Both the position numbers and the translations under genes were made by a program. Shown here piece by piece: positions 1 through 13,300 of a stretch of 64,000 nt of DNA. Origin of the DNA: Macrostomum lignano (Eukaryota); the NCBI GenBank assembly GCA_002269645.1, contig NIVC01000282.1:372001-436000 (forward strand), given 5' to 3'. The number at the start of each line of letters is the position of its first letter. The first letter of the stretch is position 1. A model generated the notes under the pieces. It was not told the DNA's origin. It was given only the letters and a program-made list of their open reading frames with translations, and did no database searches.

Positions 1-129
1 CACTCGGGATTCTTAAATGACCTTGAAACACCCACTCAGGATTCTCAAATGACCTTGAAACACCCACTCGGGATTCTGCAATGACTTAAAAGCATTGGTT
101 TTTGTAACATCTAAAACTCTAAAACACAC

Positions 130-3076
130 CTGGCATACTCCTTAGCCATGATAGCCTCATTAACCGCCTTAGTCCGCTGAACGCAGTCCATGAGGTTCAA
201 CCGCACAGCCTGATTGGCCTCCAAACTGACAACGGTTGACGGCAAGTCGGGATCTGCGCGGGCGTCAACCAACGCCAGGACGGCTTCAGCAGCCATCCGG
301 CAGCCCAGCAGGCGATCGAAAGCCGACGGCGCGCCGCCGCGCTGCACGTGGCCGAGCACGGTGATCCGGGTGTCGTAGTTTAGGCGCTGCACAATGGCGT
401 CGCGAACCGAAGCGGCGCTAATCGGCGAACCTTCCTTATCGATGGCGCCCTCGGCCACGATTACAATGTTGAGCCGCTTGCCGCCCTGGGTGCGAGCCTG
501 CGGGGTGGAAGGTCGGTGTGAACACACGCGGGCGACTGGGTATTGGGCCTGACACACTGTAACCCATCAGCTGCTAGCACAAGACCTGACCTGACCCACC
601 ACTAAGGTAATTAACCAGATAAGCTGACCCACCAACCAGCTGATCTGATTCACCAAGGCAATTAACCAGCTGACCTGACCCACCAAAATAACTAACCAGC
701 AGACCTGACTCACCAAAGCAATTAACCAGCTGACCTTACACACGAACCAGCTGACCTGACCCATGAACCAGCTGACCTGACCCACCAACAGCTGACCTGA
801 CTCACCAACCAGCTGACCTGACCCACCAACCAGCTGACCTGACCCACCAACCAGCTGACCTGACCCACCAACCAGCTGACCTGACCCACCAACCAGCTGA
901 CCTGACCCACCAACAAGCTGACCTGACCCACCAAGGCAATTAATCAGCTGACATGACATACCAAGGCAATTAAGCAGCTGACCTGACCCACCAAGGCCGC
1001 AAACAAAGCAACCAACCTTGCTCAGATGGTTGCACATCACGTCGGGCCAATCGGGCGCCGGCGGCTCCTCCGGGATGAACAAGAAGTCAGCCTCGCAGCA
1101 TAGGGCGGACACCAGCGCCAGGTAGCCGCAGTGCCGGCCCATCACCTCCATGACGAATGCCCGCTGATGGCTCTGAGCAGTTGTTACAATGGCGTCGCAG
1201 GCCTCCATAATGCGATGCAGGGCGGAGTCTGTGCCAATAGTCATATCTGTGCCGCAGAAGTCGTTATCAATGGAGCCGACCATGCCAGCAATGTGCAGCA
1301 GGCCGTAGTCCATCCTCTGTCGCTCGGTGATGGCGCCGGACCTGTGCAGATCTTCTAGCAGAGCTGGCCACTCGCGTCGGAATAGGTCCGCGCCTGGAAG
1401 GCAAGAACGCGATGCACTTTATATTTTTGCACTCTTTAATTTAAATGTTTAGGCATTGATTTTTTATTTTAATGATACTCTGGATTTCTGGGAATCTGGA
1501 AATTCTGGGATTCTTGAATGTCCTGTGTTTAATTAAGCTTCCTGTGATCATGAGTGTCGGAGATTCGGGCTTCAACAATTAAAGAGGTTAGAACAAAGAC
1601 TTTAGGAATTTCAGTAAGGAGTATATTAAATATTTATAACTGTGGCGTTTTTGCCCCGGACATTATGAACTCTTAGTGTTTTGCGTATGCACCTTCCCTT
1701 TGTCTGAATCACTGCGTGTCTGTCTGGTTCCAACATCTCTCTCTGTCTGTCTGTCCGTCTGCGTGTGATCACCCCATTGTCCGTATCTCTCTGTCTATGT
1801 GCGTCCCACTCATGCCTTCCCTCTACGAAGCTCGGGGCGTACCCACCCCAAATATACTTCCTTAAAGGTGCCTCCCACTCCGCTTGGGAAGGGCACATCT
1901 TTTCCGGTATCGCAATTCTCAGCTCAGCAGAGCAAACTAATTCGTGCAACAAGCCAGCCTTTGCCTTCAAAGTTATTACAATAACCTAAATGTTAGCATT
2001 TATAATTTTTGGGTAGTCTAACTTTAGATTCGGATTCTGATATAAAAGGAATAAGGAATTCAAGGACTGTGTTGAAGTTACTAGATATGAACATCAGGAT
2101 TTAAGCATCTAGAAGTTGACAAGCCGTAGAATCAAGATTAGAAAGTTTTGAATTTCCCTCACCTGTCAGCGAGCCGTCGCCTCCAATCACCACCAGGTTA
2201 TTAATACCGCGCCTAACTAAATTGCGAGCCGCTAAAAGGCGCCCTTCGCGCGTACGGAATCGCGCCGACCGAGCCGACCCGATAATGGTGCCGCCCAGCT
2301 GGGTCACATTGGACACCGAGGCCCACGTAGCTTCGCGGATCATCTCGCGGTTGAGCGGCGGCTCTCCGTCACCGATCATGCCCTGGGTGGGTAACGGCGA
2401 GAGCGACAAACTTATACTAGCTGAAGTTTTGACGATAGAATCAAGTTGTCTACGGCCAGACTACTTGCTAATGTCTATGGCCAGACTACTTGCTAGTGTC
2501 TATGGCCAGACGATTTGCTAATGTCTATGGCCAGACTACTCACTAATGTCTATGGCCAGACGATTTGCTAATGTCTATGGCCAGACTACTTGCTAATGTC
2601 TATGGCCAGACGATTTGCTAATGTCTATGGCCAGACTACTTGCTAATGTCTATGGCCAGGCTACTTGCTAATGTCTATGGCCAGGCTACTTGCTAATGTC
2701 TATGGCCAGGCTACTTGCTAATGTCTATGGCCAGGCTACTTGCTAATGTCTATGGCCAGGCTACTTGCTAACGTCTAGGACCAGGCTACTTGCTTATGTC
2801 TAGGCTATGTTCCTTTTATATCTATGACTAGGCTGTGCCTATTTATGTCTACAGTTAGGCTATGGGCTTATTTCTATGACTAGGCTTTGTGCCTATTTCT
2901 ATCCATTATGAGTAATTTGCCAAACAAATTACCTCGTATCCTTCATAAACCAAATAGACTCGAAATCCGCAGTAGATGCCCATTCTAACTGTGGCTCGAA
3001 TTGCCGGATTCATGCCCTGCGAGTCGCCGCCAGAAGTGAGCACAGCCAGGGCGGGACGTTCACCCTGTGGCAGCAT
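130..3076 (-). CDS. PFK: ATP-dependent 6-phosphofructokinase, 5' part (gene continues past the left edge)
   Basis: Four exons read on the minus strand with GT-AG sites and consistent phases: 3076-2933 ([33 protein letters not shown]...EGYE), 2382-2163 (GMIGDG...[10 protein letters not shown]...[13 protein letters not shown]), 1393-1017 (...[26 protein letters not shown]...[12 protein letters not shown]), 497-130 (...IVAEGA...[20 protein letters not shown]). TSGGD, GGDGS, SIDND, MGR and GHVQRGG are PFK hallmarks. Confidence 0.96.
570..1000. repeat. 21-bp minisatellite in a PFK intron
   Basis: Tandem CCACCAACCAGCTGACCTGAC units; explains the GGSGQLV-repeat ORF. Confidence 0.9.
2450..2800. repeat. 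25-bp minisatellite in a PFK intron
   Basis: Tandem CTACTTGCTAATGTCTATGGCCAGA units, decaying to about 2880. Confidence 0.9.
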
Positions 3077-5203
3077 TCTGAGCAGTGTCTCGGTACAGCC
3101 TGCCAGTTTTGATCAAAATATCATTGCTAGATTGGGTGCAATGTTTTTTTTATTGGGCTCAGATTTTCTTGACAGAAGCAACAAATCAAAATATCTTAGA
3201 CCAATTTTTAAACATCTTGTCTAAAAATGGTAATGATAAAAATCAAACTTCTGTGAGTGTTATAAGGCAGTAATTTTATAACCAATCATGTCACAGAAAA
3301 TTTGTAATTTCTTTAAGAATTAGGTTTCAATTTCTAGCTGAAATCCTATTAGAAAAAATAATTATAGAAATTCGATAAAAATATGGCAGCACTAAAAAAC
3401 TTTGGATCTAGTTGAAAACAAGATCAATGACTATTGATTAAAAGGATAAAATGAAAATTGGTTTGGTTAAATTATATAGCAAAGATTGCAAGGATTATTA
3501 GAAATTGGGAATTGAAATTGAATAAAAAGGCTATCATTTTCAGAGCTAAAAAGCAGTCTAAAAACATGTTAACAACAATGCATACCTCCAACTTCAAATG
3601 CTAAAATGAGTGCAATAATTTTAAATTGTCTGTTGTTGAATTTTACAAAAATATTTGATTGAATGCAAAAGACAGAAATTAACCATGCAATAAAACAATT
3701 AGTGAGTCACTATTTATTCTAGCATCCTACATTTTTCTTTCTACTTTTAATAAGATGAAAGCCAGTAATAATAATATCAATTTAAACCAATATTAGTATA
3801 AGTACTTTTTAATTTAAAAACTATTAAAAAAGTAATTATAAACCTGAAAAAACATTTTTACAATCTAGAAATGACTATATTTGCATATACAAAACTAGTT
3901 TTTTACAATAAAAATCATTTATAGTATTTTACAAAATACTTACATGATCTTCGACTACCACTGGCATGTACAAAAAGTGAACCAGCCATTTATTTCTTTT
4001 ACATGCAAAAGAAATAAGACTTTTATTAGTGATGTGCAAACTATACCAAATATTATTAAATGCCATGTATTTCATATTCAATGAGATTGAGAACTGACAC
4101 AATGCAAAGCAATTGGTGGTTTGAGTATGGTAAATAGAGTAAAGGCTTATTTACACTGCAATCAAATGAAAGACCAAATCACATCATTTGTTTGACTAAA
4201 GAATTTTTAAATTTTTATGTGATCACTTGAAATCTTAGCTAACTTAGAAAATTTTTAAATTCAGCAACAAAGTTAATAATACAAAGGCTTAGTTGATCAA
4301 CTAGAATGCTATACATTGGTTGCTTGCCTTTTATACAACATGCCAAGTTGCACAATACACAAAACTCAAATCAAACCATTCTATTTAAACAACTTTCAAT
4401 ATAGTCTGACTGTCACTTCAAAATTGACTGGTTATCACACTAGTTATGTTATTAACTAATTTATTATTTTCCATCACATGAGCCAAAAGTTGCAAACTCT
4501 GGCCCGCAGGCCAAATGTGGACTATAAAGCCTCTTCATCTAACCTTTGCAGTCTTTTGAAACTGCACAATAGCAATCTGGCCTATTCAATGTTTGATACT
4601 TCTTAGCGCTCTTCTCTTGTCTTGTCTCTTCTTTGCTCCTCCCTTTTTTCTTTTCTATTCTCCTAGTCTAATTCATCTTTCCTCTTGTCTTATTTCCTTT
4701 TTGCTCCTTTATTTCCTCATCTTTTCTTTCTCCTATCTTCTTTCTTTTTTATTCTTTTTCATCTCCTCTTTCTTCTAGACTGCAATCATGATCTAGAGTC
4801 TAGGTTCTTTATCTAGCCCTTGGAATAAAAAAGTTTGCCAACCCTTGACATAAGCAAAATGAGTAAGTGTATAAAAACAATGCCTGTTGGTTGCTGCTAG
4901 GATCCCTGATAAACAAGGTGCAACTGCAAGAAAATCCTATTCTATGGGCTTACAATGATGCCAACCTTTGGTATCATGATAGGGCCTAATCAAAATATAA
5001 AGAAAGGAAGATAAAAAAGTATAATATGCTAGGTTTTTTGTTAGGCCTAGCTTGCATCATATGCGAGTTATATCAACAAGAGCCTTGGCTTTGCCTTCTT
5101 TACATTAGTATAGACTATAGACTAGTATTAAATTCAAAGCACAAAATAGTTTTTTCAAACTTGCTGAAAATATGTACAATTTAGTCCTAGACTTAGCTGG
5201 AGA

Positions 5204-5415
5204 CAGTAGCGCAACTAGAAATTTTTTGAGAAGGCAGATTCTGGAGGGTAAAGTCCTAAGAGGGAGGGGCAGAAGGGTGGCTTTGTTTTTGGCAAAAATT
5301 TGCTTGGTCCCCCCTTTGACAATTGACTCTGTTTTTTTGGATTTCTACCTAATAAGGGGGGCAACTACCCCCTGTACCCCCTAGGCCTACTCTGCCCCCT
5401 CTAGTTGCACCACTG
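5204..5415. mobile_element. hAT-like MITE, family A copy 1
   Basis: TIR CAGTAGCGCAACTAGA / TCTAGTTGCACCACTG; flanks GCTGGAGA and GCTAGAGA (7/8 match, degenerate 8-bp TSD); interior is homologous to 23964-24150. Confidence 0.75.
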
Positions 5416-7445
5416 GCTAGAGATATGTGCATATAGTATTTCTCATGCAACTAATTGAAAAACTTGTATTACCCTCCTCTAAACCTTAGCCTACCTAATC
5501 ATTCTTCTCTCTTAGTATATCCTGTATATGTCTAATGATTACAATGTGAGTGCTTGCGATCATTCATAAAAGTCAGTTGATGGCATGAAAAACTGAGGTG
5601 ATTGTCAAAGATTTTTTAACCATCAACTGAAATTTTGTGTGATCACTTAAAAATTGGCCTCATTTGATTGCCTTAAGCATTCACACAGTCTCCACAATTC
5701 ATCAAATATGATTTTTTTAAATACAAATAAAGTAACTTTCAAAATCTCACTGCAGTCTCTACTGATAAGATTTATTATTGAACAATATAGGTCCTAGTAA
5801 TATAGCAGGCCTATAGTCATGTGACTTATGAGTCATGTTATACATTATAGGCCTTAGTAGGCCTAACATAAATGTGGCATAACCATTATAGCCTTATAGT
5901 TATATTATATCTTCTAAATATACTAAATCTTGAATATATATATTAAATAAATAAATAATACTGCACATACATAGGCGCTAGTGGCCTAATATATAAGATA
6001 TGTAGGTAAAGGTATTTGTAATGTAGCATCAGCTGCCGTTCGCCGTTCGCGTCGCATTATTGGCGTACTGTTGCCGCGCCGCCGAGCTTATTTGAATTAG
6101 CACATGCTGGCACTTGAGGTGAGGGTTAATTTTTTTAAATAGTTTTAGGTAAGTGGTTTATCATTGCGCGCAAAAAATGTTTTTTTCTTAGCTATTCTGA
6201 AAGGATATGAAAATACAATTTAAAATCAGAGGTCATTAATTGAATTTATCGAAATAGTTTGTTTTATTCATAGAAGATTTATCATCGTTCCAATTCAAGC
6301 GTTGACAAGCAAAGTTCTCGAGTGCACAAATTCGCATATATGCTACATGTATGCCACATCTAAACGAATATACGAAGTAATACAGAAAATAACAAGGATG
6401 TATCCCCCCGTAAAAGCTATGGGAGGATATGCCAATGCTTTGTCCCCCCGCTGCCCCCACTTTGCTAAATTAAGTGCCTGGCTGTGGTCCCAAAATAAGT
6501 ACTACTGCAATTGCGGCGCAAAGATGAGTGCCTGCGGCGCCAATGATCGATTGCCTGCTATAGGATCGGGAATTCACTGGTATAGGAAATTCTTTTGAGA
6601 ACGGTTCGTTTAAACAGAGCAATTGGCGAGGCAAGCAATTAGATTACAGATAAGACAGAAAAAAGCCGAGCCAAATAAAATAGTTAGTATAGAAGGCCGC
6701 AGTCGGGTAACCAACAGAGACCTAGCAAAATAAAAGTCAAGTTCACAGCGTCCTCCATCAGATTACAAAGGCGAGGCGGTGAGTCGAGAGAGGTGAGTGA
6801 CAGGCGAGAGGCAGCGGACTGGAGAAGAGCCACTGAGGGCGGCACGTACCATGGGCTGCGGGAGGGGAGCCGCCTGAACGCCTAAAGTACATGTAAGCAG
6901 TCAACTCCGATAGACGGGCGTGGCCGAACTGAAGATTGTGCGGAAAGTGCAGTGCAAGACTCCAAGACTGCGCAGGAGCTCTCCCAATCGCTCGAGCTCA
7001 ACCAACGCAAGTAACCCTGCATGTGTAAAGTCAAAACCAGAAAAAGCGGTTTCAAATTGTTGATGTACCCCTTGCCGTGGCTATAACCACGTGAAATCCA
7101 CCCCGCCTGCGGCAGGGGACAAAATTGTAAAATATTATAAAATAGATGAAGCCTTTGGCCCCAAGCGGTCAACTTTTGTTCTTGGTATAGCTTTCCGCAA
7201 TTATTCCATTTAAGTTCATTTGAGCTTCGAGACAAGCAAAAAGGAGCCAACCACGGTCTCGATTGTACATGTAAAGACGTCCCAATTAAGCAGCAAACGA
7301 TTCGCTAGACGAGTAGACTAAAATCGGATAGGAAGAGAAGAGGATCTTTTACACTTTTGGCTGCAAAATAAGTGCTAAAAACACCGATTGCCAAAATAAT
7401 GTGTGAATTTAGTCCTGTATAATTCTTGGCAATTGTGCCCCCACC

Positions 7446-7598
7446 CAGGGGCGTAGCCAAGGGGGGGGGACACTGGGGACATGTCCCCCCCGGAAAGGCA
7501 AAAATTTTTTATTACCTTGTTTTTTTCTTCCATCGCTAACATCGGAGACGGATTTATGGCTCTGTCCCCCCCTGACGCGAATCCTGGCTACGCGCCTG
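7446..7598. mobile_element. hAT-like MITE nested in an older element
   Basis: TIR CAGGGGCGTAGCCA / TGGCTACGCGCCTG; flanks CCCCCACC and CCACCACC; the surrounding sequence matches the uninterrupted element end at about 19000-19093. Confidence 0.65.
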
Positions 7599-8319
7599 CC
7601 ACCACCATAAAATCCATGGCGACGCCCCTGGCTACTGCATGGTTTCGGTTTCGACGACCACCGAATATTCCTTTGGTCTCGACTAAATCCATTCGGCGGT
7701 CTCGATCACTTCGATTAGAGAAACGAACCAGCACAGGTAAAACATTAACAGCAGAGTGTAGTTACGTCCGGAGTCAGCAATGCTTTCTCACCACCCCTCT
7801 AACCACTCTGTGACCTTCGCTATATTGAGCAAGTTCAAAATAACACAGAAGTAAACTATACATGTAATAATTTGGAAGAAGTCTGTCCATATATGAAAAA
7901 GATAGGGAATAACAAACCGCCAATGCAGGTGCGAACATCAGGATTGACAGCCATCTCCGGCTTATCCCACTGGTTCAGTCCAATTCATATACCTATGATC
8001 TTTCGGTCTTGTAAATTCTAGCTTTTATACAATTTTCGTAGACTGATCTAGTGGATTGCTTCTATACGCTTTAGAGGGCTTACAGTCGAGATCGCGGTTG
8101 GCTTTTTGTTATTTGCTTTTGACTTAAATAACTCACGTTGAGACGATTACTGAGACTGATCTCTCTAAAACGCCGAGTTGAGCCACTCGGGCTGAGGTGT
8201 CGGCGTCGCCTATGTATACATTCTCCTCCTTTTCCCGGTGAGGCTATGGAAAAGTAAGTCCGAGGATGCATTTCTCAGGCCGAGGCAAAGGTCGATCTAT
8301 TTGTTACATACAACTATAG

Positions 8320-8672
8320 CAGGACTGAGAACTATTTCTCAGGCCTCGTTTAGGGAATGAGAAATGGTATATATTCCCCATTTATTTTGTTGTCTAGCGG
8401 GCAAAAGCAAGAGGTGTCTCGTTTATTGACCGAGGCGAAGCCGAGGTCAATGATCGAGACACCGAGTGCTTTTGGCCCTAGACAGCTAAATGAGTGGGGA
8501 ATATGATATGTATCCCCCGTTCGTTGTCTATGGTTGTTGTCTCGAATTTATCAGCCCGCGGGGCAGCGGGAAATAAATGATTTATTCACCTAGGGAAATA
8601 AATGAAAACATGCGTCACATAGACACTCGCCCGGGGCAAAAGGGGGATACATGGTTCTCAGTCCTCCTACAA
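8320..8672. mobile_element. Palindromic non-autonomous element, possibly Crypton-like
   Basis: Central TTGACCGAGGCGAAGCCGAGGTCAA with imperfect inverted arms (about 8375-8500) and an outer inverted pair AGGACTGAGAAC / GTTCTCAGTCCT. The family assignment comes from recall of the motif only. Confidence 0.4.
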
Positions 8673-9174
8673 CCGATAAATTACCATAGAAGTTGTTGTT
8701 CCTCAGGAAAAGGATGAGACTGGGAAAGAGGCGAGAAAATGCACTTTTTGTAGGTGAATTTATATTATAAACTTTCTATGCTTTCATCCCCTGCCTCTGG
8801 AGAGGTGGATTTCGCGCAACATGTATAGCATGACAGATTCAGGTGCTCCCGATGCTCCTCCCCGCTGGCGGTCTCTTCGACACGCGCTCGATAATCTTTT
8901 TTCGCTTGGCTGCCTTCGCGTCGTCAACCCCGGCCTTGCTCAACTGGCTGCCTCGCCTTTGTCTTACTCTTTAGTAGCTGCTTGAAATGGAGTAGCTGTT
9001 GCTGCCATCTTGTCATTATTTGCTGCATTCCACTGCGGCCTCTATATTTTTGTGTGGGCTTTCCGACCCTCTATTCTCAATTGCCTCAGCCTTCTTTTTG
9101 TGGGGGCCCATCACAAGAAAAATCACATCGTCGAAAACTGATTTAGCAACCACCATCACAACCTCGAAAAGTCA

Positions 9175-9600
<426 letters not shown>

Positions 9601-10393
9601 AAATCTAACCAAATAGAGGATTTCTGATTTTTGCACGTTTACGTACATGCGCGTTTTAGCTAATCAGAACTTCGGTTTAGTTGAACAGATTTTAACAAAA
9701 TTGGTCTCATTTAAATGCTGAATATATTCTTCTTAGCTAGCTCACTACTGAATGAACATTGTATTCTGTTCAAAAAGCTATGAGCTTGTGTTGACAGAAG
9801 TTTTGAAAACAGACATTTTTTGAGTTGCTTGTTTAGGCCGTAAAATGAACCTTTTGCGGTTAAAATTTACCAAGGAAAAATCAAATTACAACTTTTTCTA
9901 ATACTAATAGTTTCAAATATTGAATTTGTAACGAATCTGTCAGAACTGACCCACAGACTAGCTCGTGATTGCTTAAAATTCAATGATTTTATTCATTGCA
10001 GATTTTAATCAGTTATAAGATGAGACCGACTGAAAAGGAAGTTACTCCTATACTTGAACTTGCAAACAGATTGCGTAGAAACTTGCCTATGCAAATTCTC
10101 CCTAAACTTAAGATAGGGAATTCCAAAGATAAGGGAATTCTCATGATAGGGGATTCCAAAGATAGGGGATTCCCAAGATAATGGATTCCAAAGATAGGGG
10201 ATTCCAAAGATAAGGGAATTCAAAAACTTCAGAGAGGCCTATATACGAGTAGTTGACAGAAGATAAAGGTTTTGGAACGAGTTTTGACTTTGAGTTGGAG
10301 TGGGGTTTGAGGTTAGGTTTACGAAGTTGTTAGAAAATATGAAAATAAGTCGATAATAAACTTTCAATTAAAACATTCAGATTTCGAGCAAAC

Positions 10394-13300
10394 ATGGCCC
10401 GGTCACAAGCTACGTCACAAGAGGGCCTGTTTTTCTCTTCCGTGGCCGAGGACAATAGCACAAGTGTCGATGCTCTCCTACGCGGCGTTGATGTTAACAC
10501 GACAGACCAGGATGGTCAATCTGCTCTTCACGTTGCTGCTCAGAAAGGCTCAGCCCATATGATCAAGCAGCTGCTGGATAAATCCGCTAACTATGAGCTT
10601 TCTGATAGGCATGGAATGACGCCACTGATGTATGCCTCACAGGGAGGTCATATCGATGCGGTGAAGCAACTATTTTCAAAAGACGTCGATGTAAGAAGAC
10701 GCACAGGTAACGGAGAACCCGCGGTATTCTTCGCGCTGATGTCAGGGCACATAGACATCGCTGAGATGCTAGAAAGCAAAGCAAGTTGCCTAAAAGGGTT
10801 GCCAGAACAGCTGAGAATGTCGATTCTTGAGAAAGCTGTAAATCACAACCAAAAGCCTGTGGTTGACTTTATGATCAAGCACAATTGCCTTGATAGTGAA
10901 TGCAATCACAGGAATCTGCGACGACTTGCTTCGCTGGCCTGCAGCAATGAGAACTCGAGCGTCGAGTTGCTCAGCTTGTTTAAAGTTAAGTTCGATCAAC
11001 CCGGTGAAGATGGCAGCAGCATTCTGTGTCGCGCTGTCAAGATTGGGCTTTACGATAAAGTTGATTACATTGTGAAAAATGGCTGCGATGTTCGGCACCA
11101 TTCTAAATGCGTGCAGGAAGCCGTCCAACATGACAGGCTGGAAATACTGAAGCTTTTGCTCAGTCAAGGTGCTCAAATGTACGCCATTGATAGTGAGGGA
11201 TATTCTCCTCTTCAACGGACAATTCTTAATGGGTCGGTTGAAATGTTTCGTTATCTTTTCTATCAGCAGAACTGCTCAACTGCGAGCCATCCGAGTCTGG
11301 GCTCCCTTGCTCTGATTGCTGCTACAAAGACAAAAGATAATCTCCTCAAGAAAAGTTGAGGAAATCCTGAAGGAGATGATTCAGGGAGAAATACCAGTTG
11401 ACGAGCCGCACCCAGACACACGCGATAGTCCGCTGTTGGCTCTCTGTCAGAAAGGACCTATCGAGGCAGTTTATTTGCTTCTTAAGAACCAATGCAACGG
11501 AAGCGCCAGAAACAAAGACGACATCACTCCTGCGTTGCAGGCAACTAAGTGCAAAAACGAAAACATTCTGCGGCTACTAGGAGATCACAATGCTGCTCTG
11601 GACATCCCCGATAAAAATGGGGAAACGCCGATAATGCGTGCTGGTCGTGACCAGTCGCTTTCGATTGTACGCTATTTGGCTAAACACAGTTGCAGCCTGC
11701 ATGGCAAGGATGCGTACGGCATGACCATTGCTCACTATGCTGCAAAGGAAAACAATTTCTCGATGCTCAAGTTTCTTCAGGAGCAAAAGACTCCTATAGA
11801 CGTACCAGATTGTCGAGGAGTGACGCCTCTGATGGTTGCCATAGACAATTGGAAACAACCGGGCGGCATGGAAATCTTCAAGCTGCTCGTCAGTGGCCCT
11901 GAAGCTCTGAATATTAATCAGCGCGACTGGAATGGAAAATCTGCAATTCAACATGCAGTTGGTAACGGACAGCTTGAGCTAGTGCGATTTCTTAAAGCCA
12001 ATGGCGCCGATATTCTCACGATCGACCATGCAGGAAACACACTACTACTGGAGTCTATGATGAAGGGGAATTTCGATATTCTCTCAACTTTTCTGATTGA
12101 TTCTGGGTGCGATCTGCATGCGTCAAATGATGAACAAGAGAGTCCGGTTCATTACGCCTGCAAGCAGCAAAGTAAAAGTTTGTTGATGTCAATGTTAAAT
12201 AGCCAGGTGCCAGCTGATACTAAAGACAAGAAAGGTATCACGCCTTTTATGATCAGCTCACATGGTAACGATTCTCTCGTTTTGACACTGAGATAAAAAA
12301 AAAATGACGTTGCCGATGTGAACAAACGAACTTTAAAAGGTAGAAATGCCACTCATATGGCCGCTCTGAGTGGCAGCCTCAAAGTTTTGGAATCTTTTCT
12401 GATGTTTGGATGCGCGTTCGACCAAGAGGACAATAACGGAGACACGCCACTGATTCTAGCCTGCTCGGCTGCAAATGATCCACACGAAGTAGAGAGGCCG
12501 AAAATTGCCGGCTATTTAATCAAGCACGGCGCCAACCCCAACGCGGTAAATCGCATCGGGCGGACAGCGATTCACTACGCTTGCGAGTTCGGATCTCTGG
12601 AATTGATTGGCGTTTTGCTAGAAAAGGGTGCCAATTTGAATGTTCCGGATGCAAAGTTAGTCACACCTTTTATGCTAGCCGCCATAAAGCAAAATCTAAA
12701 TGTTTTAAAATATCTCGTTGAGAAGGGAGCGAATTCCAGCATATTCGATTCTTGCGGAAGAACAGCCTTGCACTACGCAGTGGAAGGAAAGAACGATGAA
12801 GTGATAAAGTTTCTCGTTACCAAGCAGGAGCTGGACCCAAACGCTGTTGACAGCTTTGCAATGTCCCCAGTGATGATTAGCATTAAGGTCAACTCGAAAT
12901 CTACACTCGATGAACTAAAGGCCTGTGGCGCATGGCTATGGGAAGAATTCAACGACCAGGAACAAAACCTGGCATATTTTGCCTGTTCGAACAGCAACTT
13001 TGAACTGCTAAAAGAGCTAAAAAGTTGTGGGATCTCATTGTGGGAGCAAAGGATTCGATGGCACGAGGAACAATAATGGAACAACTTTGCTTCATCGCGC
13101 AGTGAAGATGGGCGATGCAGAACTACTAAGAAGTCTAGTCAATCGCAAGAATGAACCGCGGTATGAATTCCTGAGCAAAATAGTCAATCATCAGGATGAT
13201 TTGGGCAACACACCGCTTCACATAGCCATCAGAATGCAAAGACTGGATATGGCCGACCTGCTTTTTGAGTTTGGTCTGCGCACCGACGTAAGAAACCTCA

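Noticed and set aside
4485-4850. Degenerate hAT/Charlie-like ends (CAAACTCTGGCCCGCAGGCCAAAT ... AAAAGTTTGCCAACCC)
   Set aside because: Too decayed; no clear TIR pair or TSD.
6236-8271. Short ORFs of 60-120 aa in the PFK upstream region
   Set aside because: No motifs, and no consistent splice chain could be built.
12294-12305. Programmed stop readthrough or frameshifting in the ankyrin gene
   Set aside because: TAA followed by A is a poor readthrough context, no stimulatory structure was seen, and homopolymer error explains all three sites more simply.
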